A DNA stretch of 64,000 nt from positions 51,393 to 115,392 of the forward strand of contig CAZVGK010000006.1 of assembly GCA_964626665.1 (NCBI GenBank), in the 5' to 3' direction. Each line of letters begins with the position of its first letter. Within the stretch, counting starts at the first letter, position 1. This DNA is from an uncultured Gemmatimonadota bacterium (GTDB taxonomy: Bacteria > SM23-81 > DAOVCL01). Both the position numbers and the translations under genes were made by a program. The notes beneath the pieces were generated by a model that was not told where the DNA came from, searched no databases, and saw only the letters and a program-made list of their open reading frames with translations. Shown piece by piece: positions 10,728 to 19,149 of the stretch.

Positions 10728-12076
10728 GTTTCCTTCTGATTGCCGGGGAGAGGGAGAACCCCACCATGAAGGTGGTGCGGAAGATGGTTTCCCAGAGGGG
10801 GGGAGGAGAGGTCTGGGCTCAAACCCCACAGGAGGCCCTGCAGCTAGCCGATCAGAACTCTCCTCAACTTGCCTTGGTGGATCTCGATTATTTGGGGGAG
10901 AAGTCCTTTGAGCTGATCAGAAGGCTTAAGTCCAAGAACCAGAGACTAAGGGTGGCACTAACCTCATTCCAGTCCTCCTTAGAGGATGCCATGCGGGCTG
11001 TTCGGGCGGGGGCTGAGGATTTTATCCCCCTTCCTCAGAAGATGGATAAGCTGGAGTCATTTTTGGAGAAACGTCTCAATGTAGAGGTAAACCCTTATAG
11101 CTTGGAGGGAAAGGGATTTGAATGGATAATCGGGGAGAGCTCAAAGCTAAAGAAGGTTCTGGAAATAGCCAGGAAGGTCAGCAGAAGTTCAGCTCGCACA
11201 GTCCTCATCAGGGGGGAGACGGGGACAGGAAAGGGACTTTTGTGCCGGGCGATTCACTACTCTAGCCCAAGGGCCGATAAGCCCTTTATAGAGGTGAACT
11301 GCACGGCCATCCCAGAGACGCTTTTGGAGGCAGAGCTCTTTGGCCACGAGAAGGGGGCCTATACCGATGCCAAGGAGAAAAAGCTGGGCCTCTTAGAGTT
11401 GGCTAACCTTGGGACTATCTTTCTCGATGAGGTGGGGAATATGAGCCTCAACACCCAGGTTAAGCTCCTCAATGCCATAGAGGAGAGAAAGTTTAAGAGA
11501 TTGGGGGGAACAGAGGATATTAGGGTTGATATGAGGGTAATTACTGCCACCAATAAGGATTTGGAATCTGCGGTGAAAGATGGGAACTTCCGTGAAGATC
11601 TCTACTACAGGCTCAATGTGGTCTCCCTCCTGCTTCCTCCCTTAAGGGAGAGGGAAGAGGATGTGATCCTCTTGGCCCATCACTTCATTCAAAAATACAA
11701 CCGGGAGTTTAACCGTCGGGTCAGGGGGCTTACCCCAGAGGGGGAGAGGTTCTTGCTGGGTTACAACTGGCCAGGCAATGTGAGGGAATTGAAGAACTTC
11801 ATCGAGAGGGCAGTCCTCCTGGGGGAGGGGGACTTCATTGGCCCAGGGACAGGGAGCATACCCGATGGTCACTACTCCCTTAAGAGGGCCGATGCGGGAG
11901 AAGATGACCTTGCCGGCCTAGTGATAGGCCTGCCCGAGATGGAAAAGGGGCTTATCCAGAGGGCACTTAGGTTGACTAAGGGGAACAAGAGCCAGACGGC
12001 CCGTCTCCTGGATATATCTCGCCCTCGCCTGCTGCGTAAGATAGAGAAATACTCCCTCCAGGAAGATCACCTGTAA
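10724..12076 (+). CDS. Sigma54-dependent NtrC/Fis-family activator with a degenerate REC domain
   Basis: Walker A GETGTGKG, ELFGHEKGAYTDA, FLDEVG, FREDLYYRL, WPGNVREL, C-terminal Fis-type HTH; TTG start overlapping the upstream stop. Confidence 0.92.
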   Translation: MSFLLIAGERENPTMKVVRKMVSQRGGGEVWAQTPQEALQLADQNSPQLALVDLDYLGEKSFELIRRLKSKNQRLRVALTSFQSSLEDAMRAVRAGAEDFIPLPQKMDKLESFLEKRLNVEVNPYSLEGKGFEWIIGESSKLKKVLEIARKVSRSSARTVLIRGETGTGKGLLCRAIHYSSPRADKPFIEVNCTAIPETLLEAELFGHEKGAYTDAKEKKLGLLELANLGTIFLDEVGNMSLNTQVKLLNAIEERKFKRLGGTEDIRVDMRVITATNKDLESAVKDGNFREDLYYRLNVVSLLLPPLREREEDVILLAHHFIQKYNREFNRRVRGLTPEGERFLLGYNWPGNVRELKNFIERAVLLGEGDFIGPGTGSIPDGHYSLKRADAGEDDLAGLVIGLPEMEKGLIQRALRLTKGNKSQTARLLDISRPRLLRKIEKYSLQEDHL

Positions 12077-12340
12077 CAAAATAGTTCACCACTGATACTA
12101 CTCAGATCACATTATAGTTTGCACATTGGTATTTTAAGTGTCATTGCGAGGCTTGTCCCGAGCGCAAGCGAGGGAACTGGCCGAAGCAATCTCATAGTCT
12201 AAACCTCCATTAGGCGTTTTGGATTGCTTCGCTGCGTTCCCAATAAAAGTGTGCTGTCAGGAGTTACCTCCTGACAGCTCCTGAAAATTTCGATGAGCCG
12301 TCAGAACCCCGATTCTGACGGCAAAAGGTGGTTAGCGATC

Positions 12341-12409
12341 TGTAACAAAATAGACCATTAATTCGGCTATTTGGCAGTCTGATCATTTTGGTATACCAAA
12401 ATGTTACAG
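12341..12409. promoter_or_regulatory. Candidate upstream activator site for the sigma54 promoter
   Basis: Perfect 20-bp palindrome CATTTTGGTATACCAAAATG (12384-12403). TGTAACAAAATAG at 12341 is repeated exactly at 12072. Confidence 0.55.
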
Positions 12410-12488
12410 TTTACTCTTTCAAAAAAATCATAGGTATAAAAACCCGTTGCTAAACAATGAGTTGGGGCATTAGACTCCAGTCCTCTTC

Positions 12489-12505
12489 CTGGCACGCCAC
12501 TTGCA
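12489..12505 (+). promoter_or_regulatory. Sigma54 (-24/-12) promoter
   Basis: CTGGCAC-GCCAC-TTGCA matches TGGCAC-N5-TTGCW, about 40 nt upstream of the ATG at 12547. Confidence 0.85.
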
Positions 12506-12546
12506 AGTAGTAAAGATGGAAAAGGAAAATTCACAGGAGGTGCCCC

Positions 12547-13107
12547 ATGCTTAAAGATCACAAATGGGAATTGGCCCTTATGGGTGGGTTCCTGCTTCTC
12601 ACCCTTCTCTTCTACACCGGTTGTGGGCAGAAGGGAAGCCCTACTGCCCCTGAGGTCCCCAGGCTCCCTCAATCTGGTATTCGAATTCTAAGGTTGGGAG
12701 GTGCTGATTCTGTGGGCGTAGTTTGTAAAGGGGAGCCACTCTATGCGGAGGAATTCATTGAGGCGGATGTAGGGGGTGAGGTTGAACTCGAGGGAGAATA
12801 TGTGGATCACGAGGTGGAGGTTCCTGCCGGTGCCCTGAGCGAAGATACCCTTATTTCTGTCGCCTGTCCGGATGCTCAATTGGCCGTGGTTAACTTTGGC
12901 CCTTGTGGTATCTCCTTCAATGTGCCAGTAAGTGTCTCGCTTTACTGGAGGGATGTGGAGGATGTAGGTGGCGACTTAGGGATTTATTGGTATGATGAGG
13001 AGCAGGGAAAGTGGGTAGAAATCCTGGCCAGGATCGAAGTTATCGGAAATGATGTCGATGCCGAGTTTGAACTTAATCACTTCTCCCGCTATGCACTGGC
13101 GGATTAG
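12547..13107 (+). CDS. Lipoprotein with a ZU5-like domain and C-terminal HFS motif
   Basis: RBS AGGAGG; hydrophobic signal with lipobox-like YTGC; VPAGAL..I, FGPCGISFNVPV, IYWYDE..W; ends in NHFSRYALAD. Confidence 0.75.
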   Translation: MLKDHKWELALMGGFLLLTLLFYTGCGQKGSPTAPEVPRLPQSGIRILRLGGADSVGVVCKGEPLYAEEFIEADVGGEVELEGEYVDHEVEVPAGALSEDTLISVACPDAQLAVVNFGPCGISFNVPVSVSLYWRDVEDVGGDLGIYWYDEEQGKWVEILARIEVIGNDVDAEFELNHFSRYALAD

Positions 13108-13135
13108 TGATTAAAGGGCTTGGCCATTTCCCGAA

Positions 13136-13174
13136 AAGAAGAGAAGCCACGGGTCAACCGTGGCTTCTCTTCTT
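13136..13174 (+). terminator. Intrinsic terminator-like hairpin after the lipoprotein gene
   Basis: 17-bp perfect stem AAGAAGAGAAGCCACGG / CCGTGGCTTCTCTTCTT with a GTCAA loop. Confidence 0.7.
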
Positions 13175-13200
13175 GGGTTCTACCGTTAAATCATCAGAAA

Positions 13201-14982
13201 GTGAAGGAAATAAATACGGCAAGTTTAAAAGATGGCCTTCTCCGCCTCAAGGAGAAGGGGGATAAAGCCCAGGGAATCTCAGACTATAGGAAGGCTTCTG
13301 AATATTATACCTCTGCCCTCAAGGCTCTAAAGAGGGTGGAGGGAGTGAACTTGAGGGAGTTGGAGTTTGACCTTTTGCTCAAGCTGGGAAAGGTCAACGA
13401 CCTTTTGGGGGATGCCCATAAGGCAATGGAAAATTTCCAGCTCTCCCTCGGGTTGGGGGAATTCGTCTATGGTCAACCTCTCTATCCTGAGCTTTTGCGG
13501 CAGATGGGGCGACTCTATGCTCGCAAGGGGGAGAGAGAAAAGGCGATCAGGTTCCTCTCCCGGAGCATTAGGGCGTTTAAACAGAGAGGAAACCTGAAGG
13601 GAATGGCTGACGGCTATCTCTCTCTGGGGAACATATCCTTTGAGCGCGGAGATTGGAAGGAGGTTGTGGAGTTTTTCAATCTTGCCCTCCAGATAGGGGA
13701 GAGGATGGATGATTTCAAACTTATGGCCCATATATATAACAACTTTGGTGCTATGTTCAACATCCAAGGGGATTGGGAGGGAGCCATAACCTATTATCGG
13801 AAAAGCGGTGGATTATACCGGAGAATTAAGGATGATTTCGGTTTAGCCCGCACTTTCCACAATATAGGTATGACCTTCGTTGACCAGACGGACTACAGGA
13901 AGGCGGACTACTATTTCAATCAGAGTCTGAGGATATCTGAGGCCAAAGGGATAGCCAGTTTAATGGCCACCACCTATCTGAGTAAGGCAGAGGTCTTTGT
14001 CAAATTCTCTCGTTTGAAGGAGGCCAGAAAGTTCTGCGATAAGGCAACAAAGCACTTTGAGAAACTGGAGGATGAGTTAGGGGTAGCTGAGGCAGAAAAA
14101 TTGAAAGGGGCAATATATAGAGAGGGGAAGAAATGGAGTCTGGCTGAAGAACATCTGAGGAGGAGTGCGGAGATAAATCGTCGGGCCCAATGCCCTTTGG
14201 GTCTGGCCGAGGCCTATCGGGAGTTAGCCCTTATTTACAGGCGAAAAGGAGAAAACCGAAAGGCCTTAAGCCTTTTGGGGGAGACTATAGAACTCTTCAG
14301 GGCTCTGGGGGCAGAAAAGGATTTAGAAGAGGTCAGTAAAACGGTCTCTCAGATAGAGGAGCTCTATCTGAGGATAGTCCAGTCTATGGGTGCTCGGGTG
14401 GAGCAAAAAGATCCCTATACCCTTGGCCATTCCGCCAGGGTGGCTCAATACTCCCTGCGGATAGCCCAAAAACTTGGCCTCTCCTGGGAGAAGGTGAAGG
14501 GTATTCTCACCGCTGCCTACTTGCATGACCTGGGGAAAATACATATAAAGGCCAGCATACTGAAGAAACCAGCAAAGTTAACCCCGGAAGAGTATGAGGA
14601 GATAAAGCTTCATCCGGCCAAGGCCTTGGAGGTTTTGCAGGGAGTTAAGTTCCCCTGGGGGGTAGAGGAGATTATCCTCCACCATCATGAAAGGTGGGAT
14701 GGAAGAGGCTATCCCGAGGGACTCAAAGGTGAAGAGATTCCCTTAGGGGGAAGGATAATAGCTGTAGCCGACTCCTTTGATGCGATGACCACCACCCGCC
14801 CTTACAGGCCTGCCTTTAGTAAGAGGGAGGCCTTAGATGAGATAGAGGAAAAGATGGGGATAATGTATGATCCTAAGGTAGCCAAAGCTTTTTTGGAGGC
14901 GATGGAGGAAGAAGGGGAGGGAAAGGTAGACTATACATTTGATTCCGTTTGGGGGGACTCCCGTCAACGGCTTTCCCCATAG
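13201..14982 (+). CDS. TPR-repeat HD-GYP phosphodiesterase
   Basis: About 9 TPR-like units followed by DPYTLGHS, HDLGK, HHHERWDGRGYP. Start uncertain; the GTG at 13201 was chosen because 13120 precedes the terminator hairpin. Confidence 0.88.
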   Translation: MKEINTASLKDGLLRLKEKGDKAQGISDYRKASEYYTSALKALKRVEGVNLRELEFDLLLKLGKVNDLLGDAHKAMENFQLSLGLGEFVYGQPLYPELLRQMGRLYARKGEREKAIRFLSRSIRAFKQRGNLKGMADGYLSLGNISFERGDWKEVVEFFNLALQIGERMDDFKLMAHIYNNFGAMFNIQGDWEGAITYYRKSGGLYRRIKDDFGLARTFHNIGMTFVDQTDYRKADYYFNQSLRISEAKGIASLMATTYLSKAEVFVKFSRLKEARKFCDKATKHFEKLEDELGVAEAEKLKGAIYREGKKWSLAEEHLRRSAEINRRAQCPLGLAEAYRELALIYRRKGENRKALSLLGETIELFRALGAEKDLEEVSKTVSQIEELYLRIVQSMGARVEQKDPYTLGHSARVAQYSLRIAQKLGLSWEKVKGILTAAYLHDLGKIHIKASILKKPAKLTPEEYEEIKLHPAKALEVLQGVKFPWGVEEIILHHHERWDGRGYPEGLKGEEIPLGGRIIAVADSFDAMTTTRPYRPAFSKREALDEIEEKMGIMYDPKVAKAFLEAMEEEGEGKVDYTFDSVWGDSRQRLSP

Positions 14983-15376
14983 ATTTTGGGAATGTTTTTC
15001 TCTGTGCCGTCAGGGCTCTGCCTTGACGGAATAAATCGAGGTGGCAGAACCCCGATTCTGCCACCGTCAGATTAGGGCATCTGAGGGCTCTGAATTTCCA
15101 TTTTCTATTTTCCCATTTATAATTCCCAATTCATAATTGCTTTTTTCCGTGAGATTCCGAGGTGAACTGTTACGACTTGGTGCAGACCGAGAGAAATCTT
15201 GTCCTGCCATTTTATACTGATTTTTCCCTTGATATTAGATGGTTGTTTGCTTAAATTGTTTTTATAGGTAAAGAAAGTTCAAAGTCATCCAGAGGAATAT
15301 ATCTATGAATAGGCCAGGTATAAGTAGTTGGGCGAAATGCTGAATTGAGAGGCAATAAACACTTGGGAGGCACAGT

Positions 15377-15595
15377 ATGATCCGTATGGTTGAAGTCATA
15401 TATGAAGATGAGGTATTAAAACCTCTTACGCCCATAGGGGGGCTTAGGAAACATGAGAGAACCTGGGTAATTCTCTGTCCTCGGACTAAGAAGAAAGCTT
15501 TACATGAACTGGTTGGAACGCTAACTCATGAAGAAGCCGAGGCAATGCAGAAACTCATTGAGGAGGAGTTTGAGAAAATTGAGGGCGAATGGTAG
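15377..15595 (+). CDS. Antitoxin, AF2212/DUF104-like
   Basis: N-terminal IYEDEVLKPL motif; GGAGG RBS; overlaps the PIN gene. Confidence 0.75.
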   Translation: MIRMVEVIYEDEVLKPLTPIGGLRKHERTWVILCPRTKKKALHELVGTLTHEEAEAMQKLIEEEFEKIEGEW

Positions 15596-15989
15596 ATTAG
15601 CTGTTGATACCAATGCTGTGATCGCATATCGAGAAGGCATTCCTGAAGTCTGCAGTTTAATAGAAAGAGCAGATACGATCCTTTTGCCTGTTATTGTCTT
15701 GGGCGAGTTGCTCTATGGTGCAGCCAATAGTGCTCGCCCCCAAGAAAATGAACAAGCCGTTCGTAAATTTTTGGATCAATCCGTTCTTACACCTATAGAT
15801 GAGAGTATAGCTGCTCACTATGCTGCTGTTCGTTCAAAACTCAAAAAGATAGGTCGCCCTATCCCAGAGAACGATATTTGGGTTGCTGCGACATGCTTGG
15901 AACTTGGTGTGACTCTCCTTAGCCGAGATACTCATTTTAATTATATTGATGATTTGCCAGTGATTAATTGGATGTCTCGGAAATTCTAA
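15579..15989 (+). CDS. vapC: VapC/PIN-domain toxin
   Basis: VDTN, LGELLYGA, GRPIPENDIWVAA, SRDTHF; TTG start after AGGAGGAG. Confidence 0.88.
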   Translation: MRANGRLAVDTNAVIAYREGIPEVCSLIERADTILLPVIVLGELLYGAANSARPQENEQAVRKFLDQSVLTPIDESIAAHYAAVRSKLKKIGRPIPENDIWVAATCLELGVTLLSRDTHFNYIDDLPVINWMSRKF

Positions 15990-16289
15990 AATTTCCGAGA
16001 CAGTCATCAGGGAGTTGCGCTGAGTTGAACCATAAGGGTACATTCCACTGTGGGGGCGCTGTGCCGTCAGGGCTCTACCCTGACGAATAACCAAGAAGGC
16101 AGAACTGAGTTCTGCTCCCTTTTCATATTCCGTCATTGCGAGAAGCGTAGCGACCTGTCTGCGTGCCTGCCTGAGCGAGAACGCTCGCAGTCAGGCAACG
16201 CACAGGCAGGTGAGGCAATCTGGTGGCCTCAACCCCCATTCAGTTGTGCCGTCAGGGCTCTGCTTTGACGGAGTAAAAAGGAGGATCTT

Positions 16290-16919
16290 ATGATGAATAA
16301 ATCAATTCGCGGTCACTGGATTTTGTTTTTGACCGGCATCATTCTTCTTGGAAGTTCTTTCATTCAAGCCCAGCAATCCACTCAGGATGTCCAACTTAAA
16401 AAAGAGCTAGAAAAGGCCAGAGTCAAGAAGGTGATTGATGGGGATACAGTGGTTTTGACTGATGGAAGAAAAGTGAGACTCATCGGAATAGATACTCCTG
16501 AGCTGAGCAATCCAAGCAAACCGGTGGAATTCTACGCTGAGGAGGCAAAGAAGTTTACGGAAGAGCAATGTGAGAACAAGCTGGTGACTCTTGAGTATGG
16601 GAATTCCAGAAAAGACAGATACAATCGGACCCTGGCCTACATTTATCTGCCAAGTGGGGAGATGTTGAATGAGAAGCTGCTTTCTGAGGGGTATGCTGTA
16701 GTTTATACCCGTTTCCCTTTCAAATACATAGACCATTTTAGGGAGCTTGAGCAGAAAGCCCGCGAGGAGGAGAGGGGGTTCTGGGGGACATATTTGGGCA
16801 ATTCCGATGTCCGAAATCTTGTCCACGATTATATGCTGCTGGATGGAAAGGGTAGAGTGTTACTGCGTCGCTACTTAGCCAATTTACTGGGCTCACATGC
16901 TCGCAAACTGGAGGATTAA
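16290..16919 (+). CDS. Secreted thermonuclease (SNase family)
   Basis: Signal peptide; VIDGDT, VRLIGIDTPE, DRYNRTLAY, AREEERGFW. Confidence 0.9.
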   Translation: MMNKSIRGHWILFLTGIILLGSSFIQAQQSTQDVQLKKELEKARVKKVIDGDTVVLTDGRKVRLIGIDTPELSNPSKPVEFYAEEAKKFTEEQCENKLVTLEYGNSRKDRYNRTLAYIYLPSGEMLNEKLLSEGYAVVYTRFPFKYIDHFRELEQKAREEERGFWGTYLGNSDVRNLVHDYMLLDGKGRVLLRRYLANLLGSHARKLED

Positions 16920-16922
16920 GCT

Positions 16923-17435
16923 ATGGCTGAAAAACACGGGATTAGCGATATTTATCTGAAACTAATGTTGGGTCTAATCGTCGTGCTGCTTTGTGGTATC
17001 CTGGTCACCCTTGTGATTGGATTGACACGAACAGCCAGGCCGTCAGGCCCGGTACCTGGGATTTTCCACTCAAGGGCACAGGAGGCCAGGAAGTCCCTAT
17101 CAACCAAGCCTGCTGTTGCCATACCTGAATCGGAAGAAGAGGGTACCGTTATATCCTGGGAAGATGCCGCGAAGCACTACGGTGAATACCTGACAGTGGA
17201 GGGAACTATTGTGCTCACCTACAATTCTGGCAAAGCATGTTTCTTAAACTTTCATCCCGATTGGAAGGAGCACTTTTCAGTGGTGATCTTTGCCTCGGAC
17301 TTCCCCAAGTTTCCTTCCCCCCCTGAGGAATACTACAGAGGCAAAAAGATCCAGGTGACAGGACGGATTAAGAGCTACCATGGTCGCCCCGAGATCATCG
17401 TGGAGGATCCGAGCCAGATAGAGGTGTTGCGCTGA
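16923..17435 (+). CDS. Membrane-anchored OB-fold nucleic-acid-binding protein
   Basis: N-terminal TM helix; VEGTIV..FLNF..FSVVIF..GKKIQVTGRI..YHGRPEI. Confidence 0.75.
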   Translation: MAEKHGISDIYLKLMLGLIVVLLCGILVTLVIGLTRTARPSGPVPGIFHSRAQEARKSLSTKPAVAIPESEEEGTVISWEDAAKHYGEYLTVEGTIVLTYNSGKACFLNFHPDWKEHFSVVIFASDFPKFPSPPEEYYRGKKIQVTGRIKSYHGRPEIIVEDPSQIEVLR

Positions 17436-17933
17436 GCTTGAATCATAAGGTCACTTCCCCCGAGATGGCAGAACTCTGTTCTGCCATCTTTCCGTATTCC
17501 GTCATTGCGAGGAGCGCAGTGACGAAGCAATCTGGTGGCCTCAGCCCCATTCAGTTGTGCCGTCAGGGCTCTGCCGCGATGGAGTGAACCTCCCCTTACC
17601 CACAGGTGGGTATCCAAAACATTCTCTTACCCCTTGGTGGGGGAGGACTAAGGAAAGGGTGAAAACCATATCCGTTTTCCCCCTCCCCTTTTCTCACCAG
17701 GCGAGAGGGAACTATAAGGATGTCATTCCTTCCCCTTCACCGAAGAGGGGATTCTAAATGGTTTTTATAGAGTGAGGTGGCAGAACCTCAGTTCTGCCAC
17801 TTTTTTGTTCCAGATGGCAGCCCTACCCGCACAATGGCGGAAATAGTTGTTGACTCCCCCCTTTTGATTTGGTATTTTCCCTGCAGATGAAACTGCTAAA
17901 CAATAACGAGATAATATGTAGGCAAAGGTAGAT

Positions 17934-18164
17934 GTGATGAAAGTAAAATTCTCACGCCATGCAAAGAGAAGAGCCAAACTTTATAAAATTCCAGAATCAA
18001 CAATTTTAGACATTTTGGAGAGCATAAAACTGCCCCAAGGTAAACATGAAATCACAAAAAGTGTTGAAGGATTTAAGTATCCGCTAAAAATTGTTATCTC
18101 TGTTGGCGGCGATATAATATCAATAATAACAACTTATCCTTTAAAGAAAGGGAGAAAGGTATGA
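17934..18164 (+). CDS. DUF4258-like putative toxin
   Basis: KFSRHAKRR N-terminus and IITTYP C-terminus; overlaps the DUF2283 gene. Confidence 0.7.
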   Translation: MMKVKFSRHAKRRAKLYKIPESTILDILESIKLPQGKHEITKSVEGFKYPLKIVISVGGDIISIITTYPLKKGRKV

Positions 18165-18388
18165 AAGTATATTATGATAAAGAAGTAGATGCTCTGTATA
18201 TAAAATTTGGGGACAATGTACCTGAAGGAGTTATTGAAATTTCGGAAGGGGTTAATTTAGACACGACTTCTGAAGACAAAATAGTCGGCATAGAGATTCT
18301 TGATGCCTCTAAAAAGATGGATATTGAAACAATACTTTCTTATACACTTGAATTAGACCAAAAATTATTAACTCAGAAGATAGCTTAA
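18161..18388 (+). CDS. DUF2283 putative antitoxin
   Basis: MKVYYDKEVDALYI...GIEILDAS. Confidence 0.85.
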   Translation: MKVYYDKEVDALYIKFGDNVPEGVIEISEGVNLDTTSEDKIVGIEILDASKKMDIETILSYTLELDQKLLTQKIA

Positions 18389-18439
18389 CAACTCAGTCCA
18401 GCGGGCATCTGAGGGTACCGCTGAATCCAATTGTTAAGA
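18383..18439 (+). mobile_element. attC-like integron cassette recombination site
   Basis: GCTTAAC (RYYYAAC, containing the DUF2283 stop) ... CAGCGG / CCGCTG ... GTTAAGA; a 57-bp imperfect palindrome. Confidence 0.65.
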
Positions 18440-18786
18440 TTATAAGTGGGGGGGGGGAAACCAGGAAGGCATGGTGGGGACGTCCATAAGGTTATGAAAA
18501 TTGCTGTTTCACAGGGTTGACCCCTTTCCCTCCTAAGGCGGATATACCCCCTTTTTTTTCGAGCTGGCAGAATCCCAGTTCTGCCAGCTTTTTTTTAGAC
18601 TTCCGCAATCCATTAAGCATTCGCCAAATCTCCGCTGTTTTATCCAAAACCTGCTTATTGGCTGAGCCGTCAGATCTCCTGATCTGGCGACCTCAAAATT
18701 TCCAATTTCAATTTCCACCTGATCACCTGATTTCCTGATCCTCTAATCCCTATTCCCTGTCCCCCGGGAACTGCTACAAAAATTCC

Positions 18787-18813
18787 TAAAGTTTTCGCTA
18801 AAAATGCCGATAA
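18787..18813 (+). promoter_or_regulatory. Sigma28 (FliA)-type promoter
   Basis: TAAA-N15-GCCGATAA, an exact consensus match. Confidence 0.7.
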
Positions 18814-19149
18814 GATATTTAGTGAGTGAAATTGCCTTTCATTCTGTGATAGCCTGAAGAGAAAACTTGATTTCCCTGGATGGATAGAGAAAGCGAAGCG
18901 ATCATAAGCATTTGCACAAAGCCTATTAGAGTTATATCACTGAGGCGGTACTAAGGAAGCCAGATCTTATGAGGGACGGAAACAGTCTTTTTAATTTTAT
19001 GGATTCCCCCTCTTTACCCTTTGGCTGTAAACTCCGTTTGGTTGGGGCATCCCTGCAGAGATGTTCCCCTACGGGGTCTCAACTTAAAAAGCAAGACCTG
19101 ACCTCATTAACTGGACATTTACCTTTGATTCTTAAGAAAGGAGGAAACA

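Noticed and set aside
13120-13200. ORF-track N-terminal extension of the TPR-HD-GYP gene
   Set aside because: It runs through a 17-bp terminator-like hairpin, so a later start is more plausible.
18822-18890. Selenocysteine readthrough of the TGA shared by both sigma28 leader copies (AFHSVIA*)
   Set aside because: The frames are short, the starts are not conserved between copies and no SECIS is evident.
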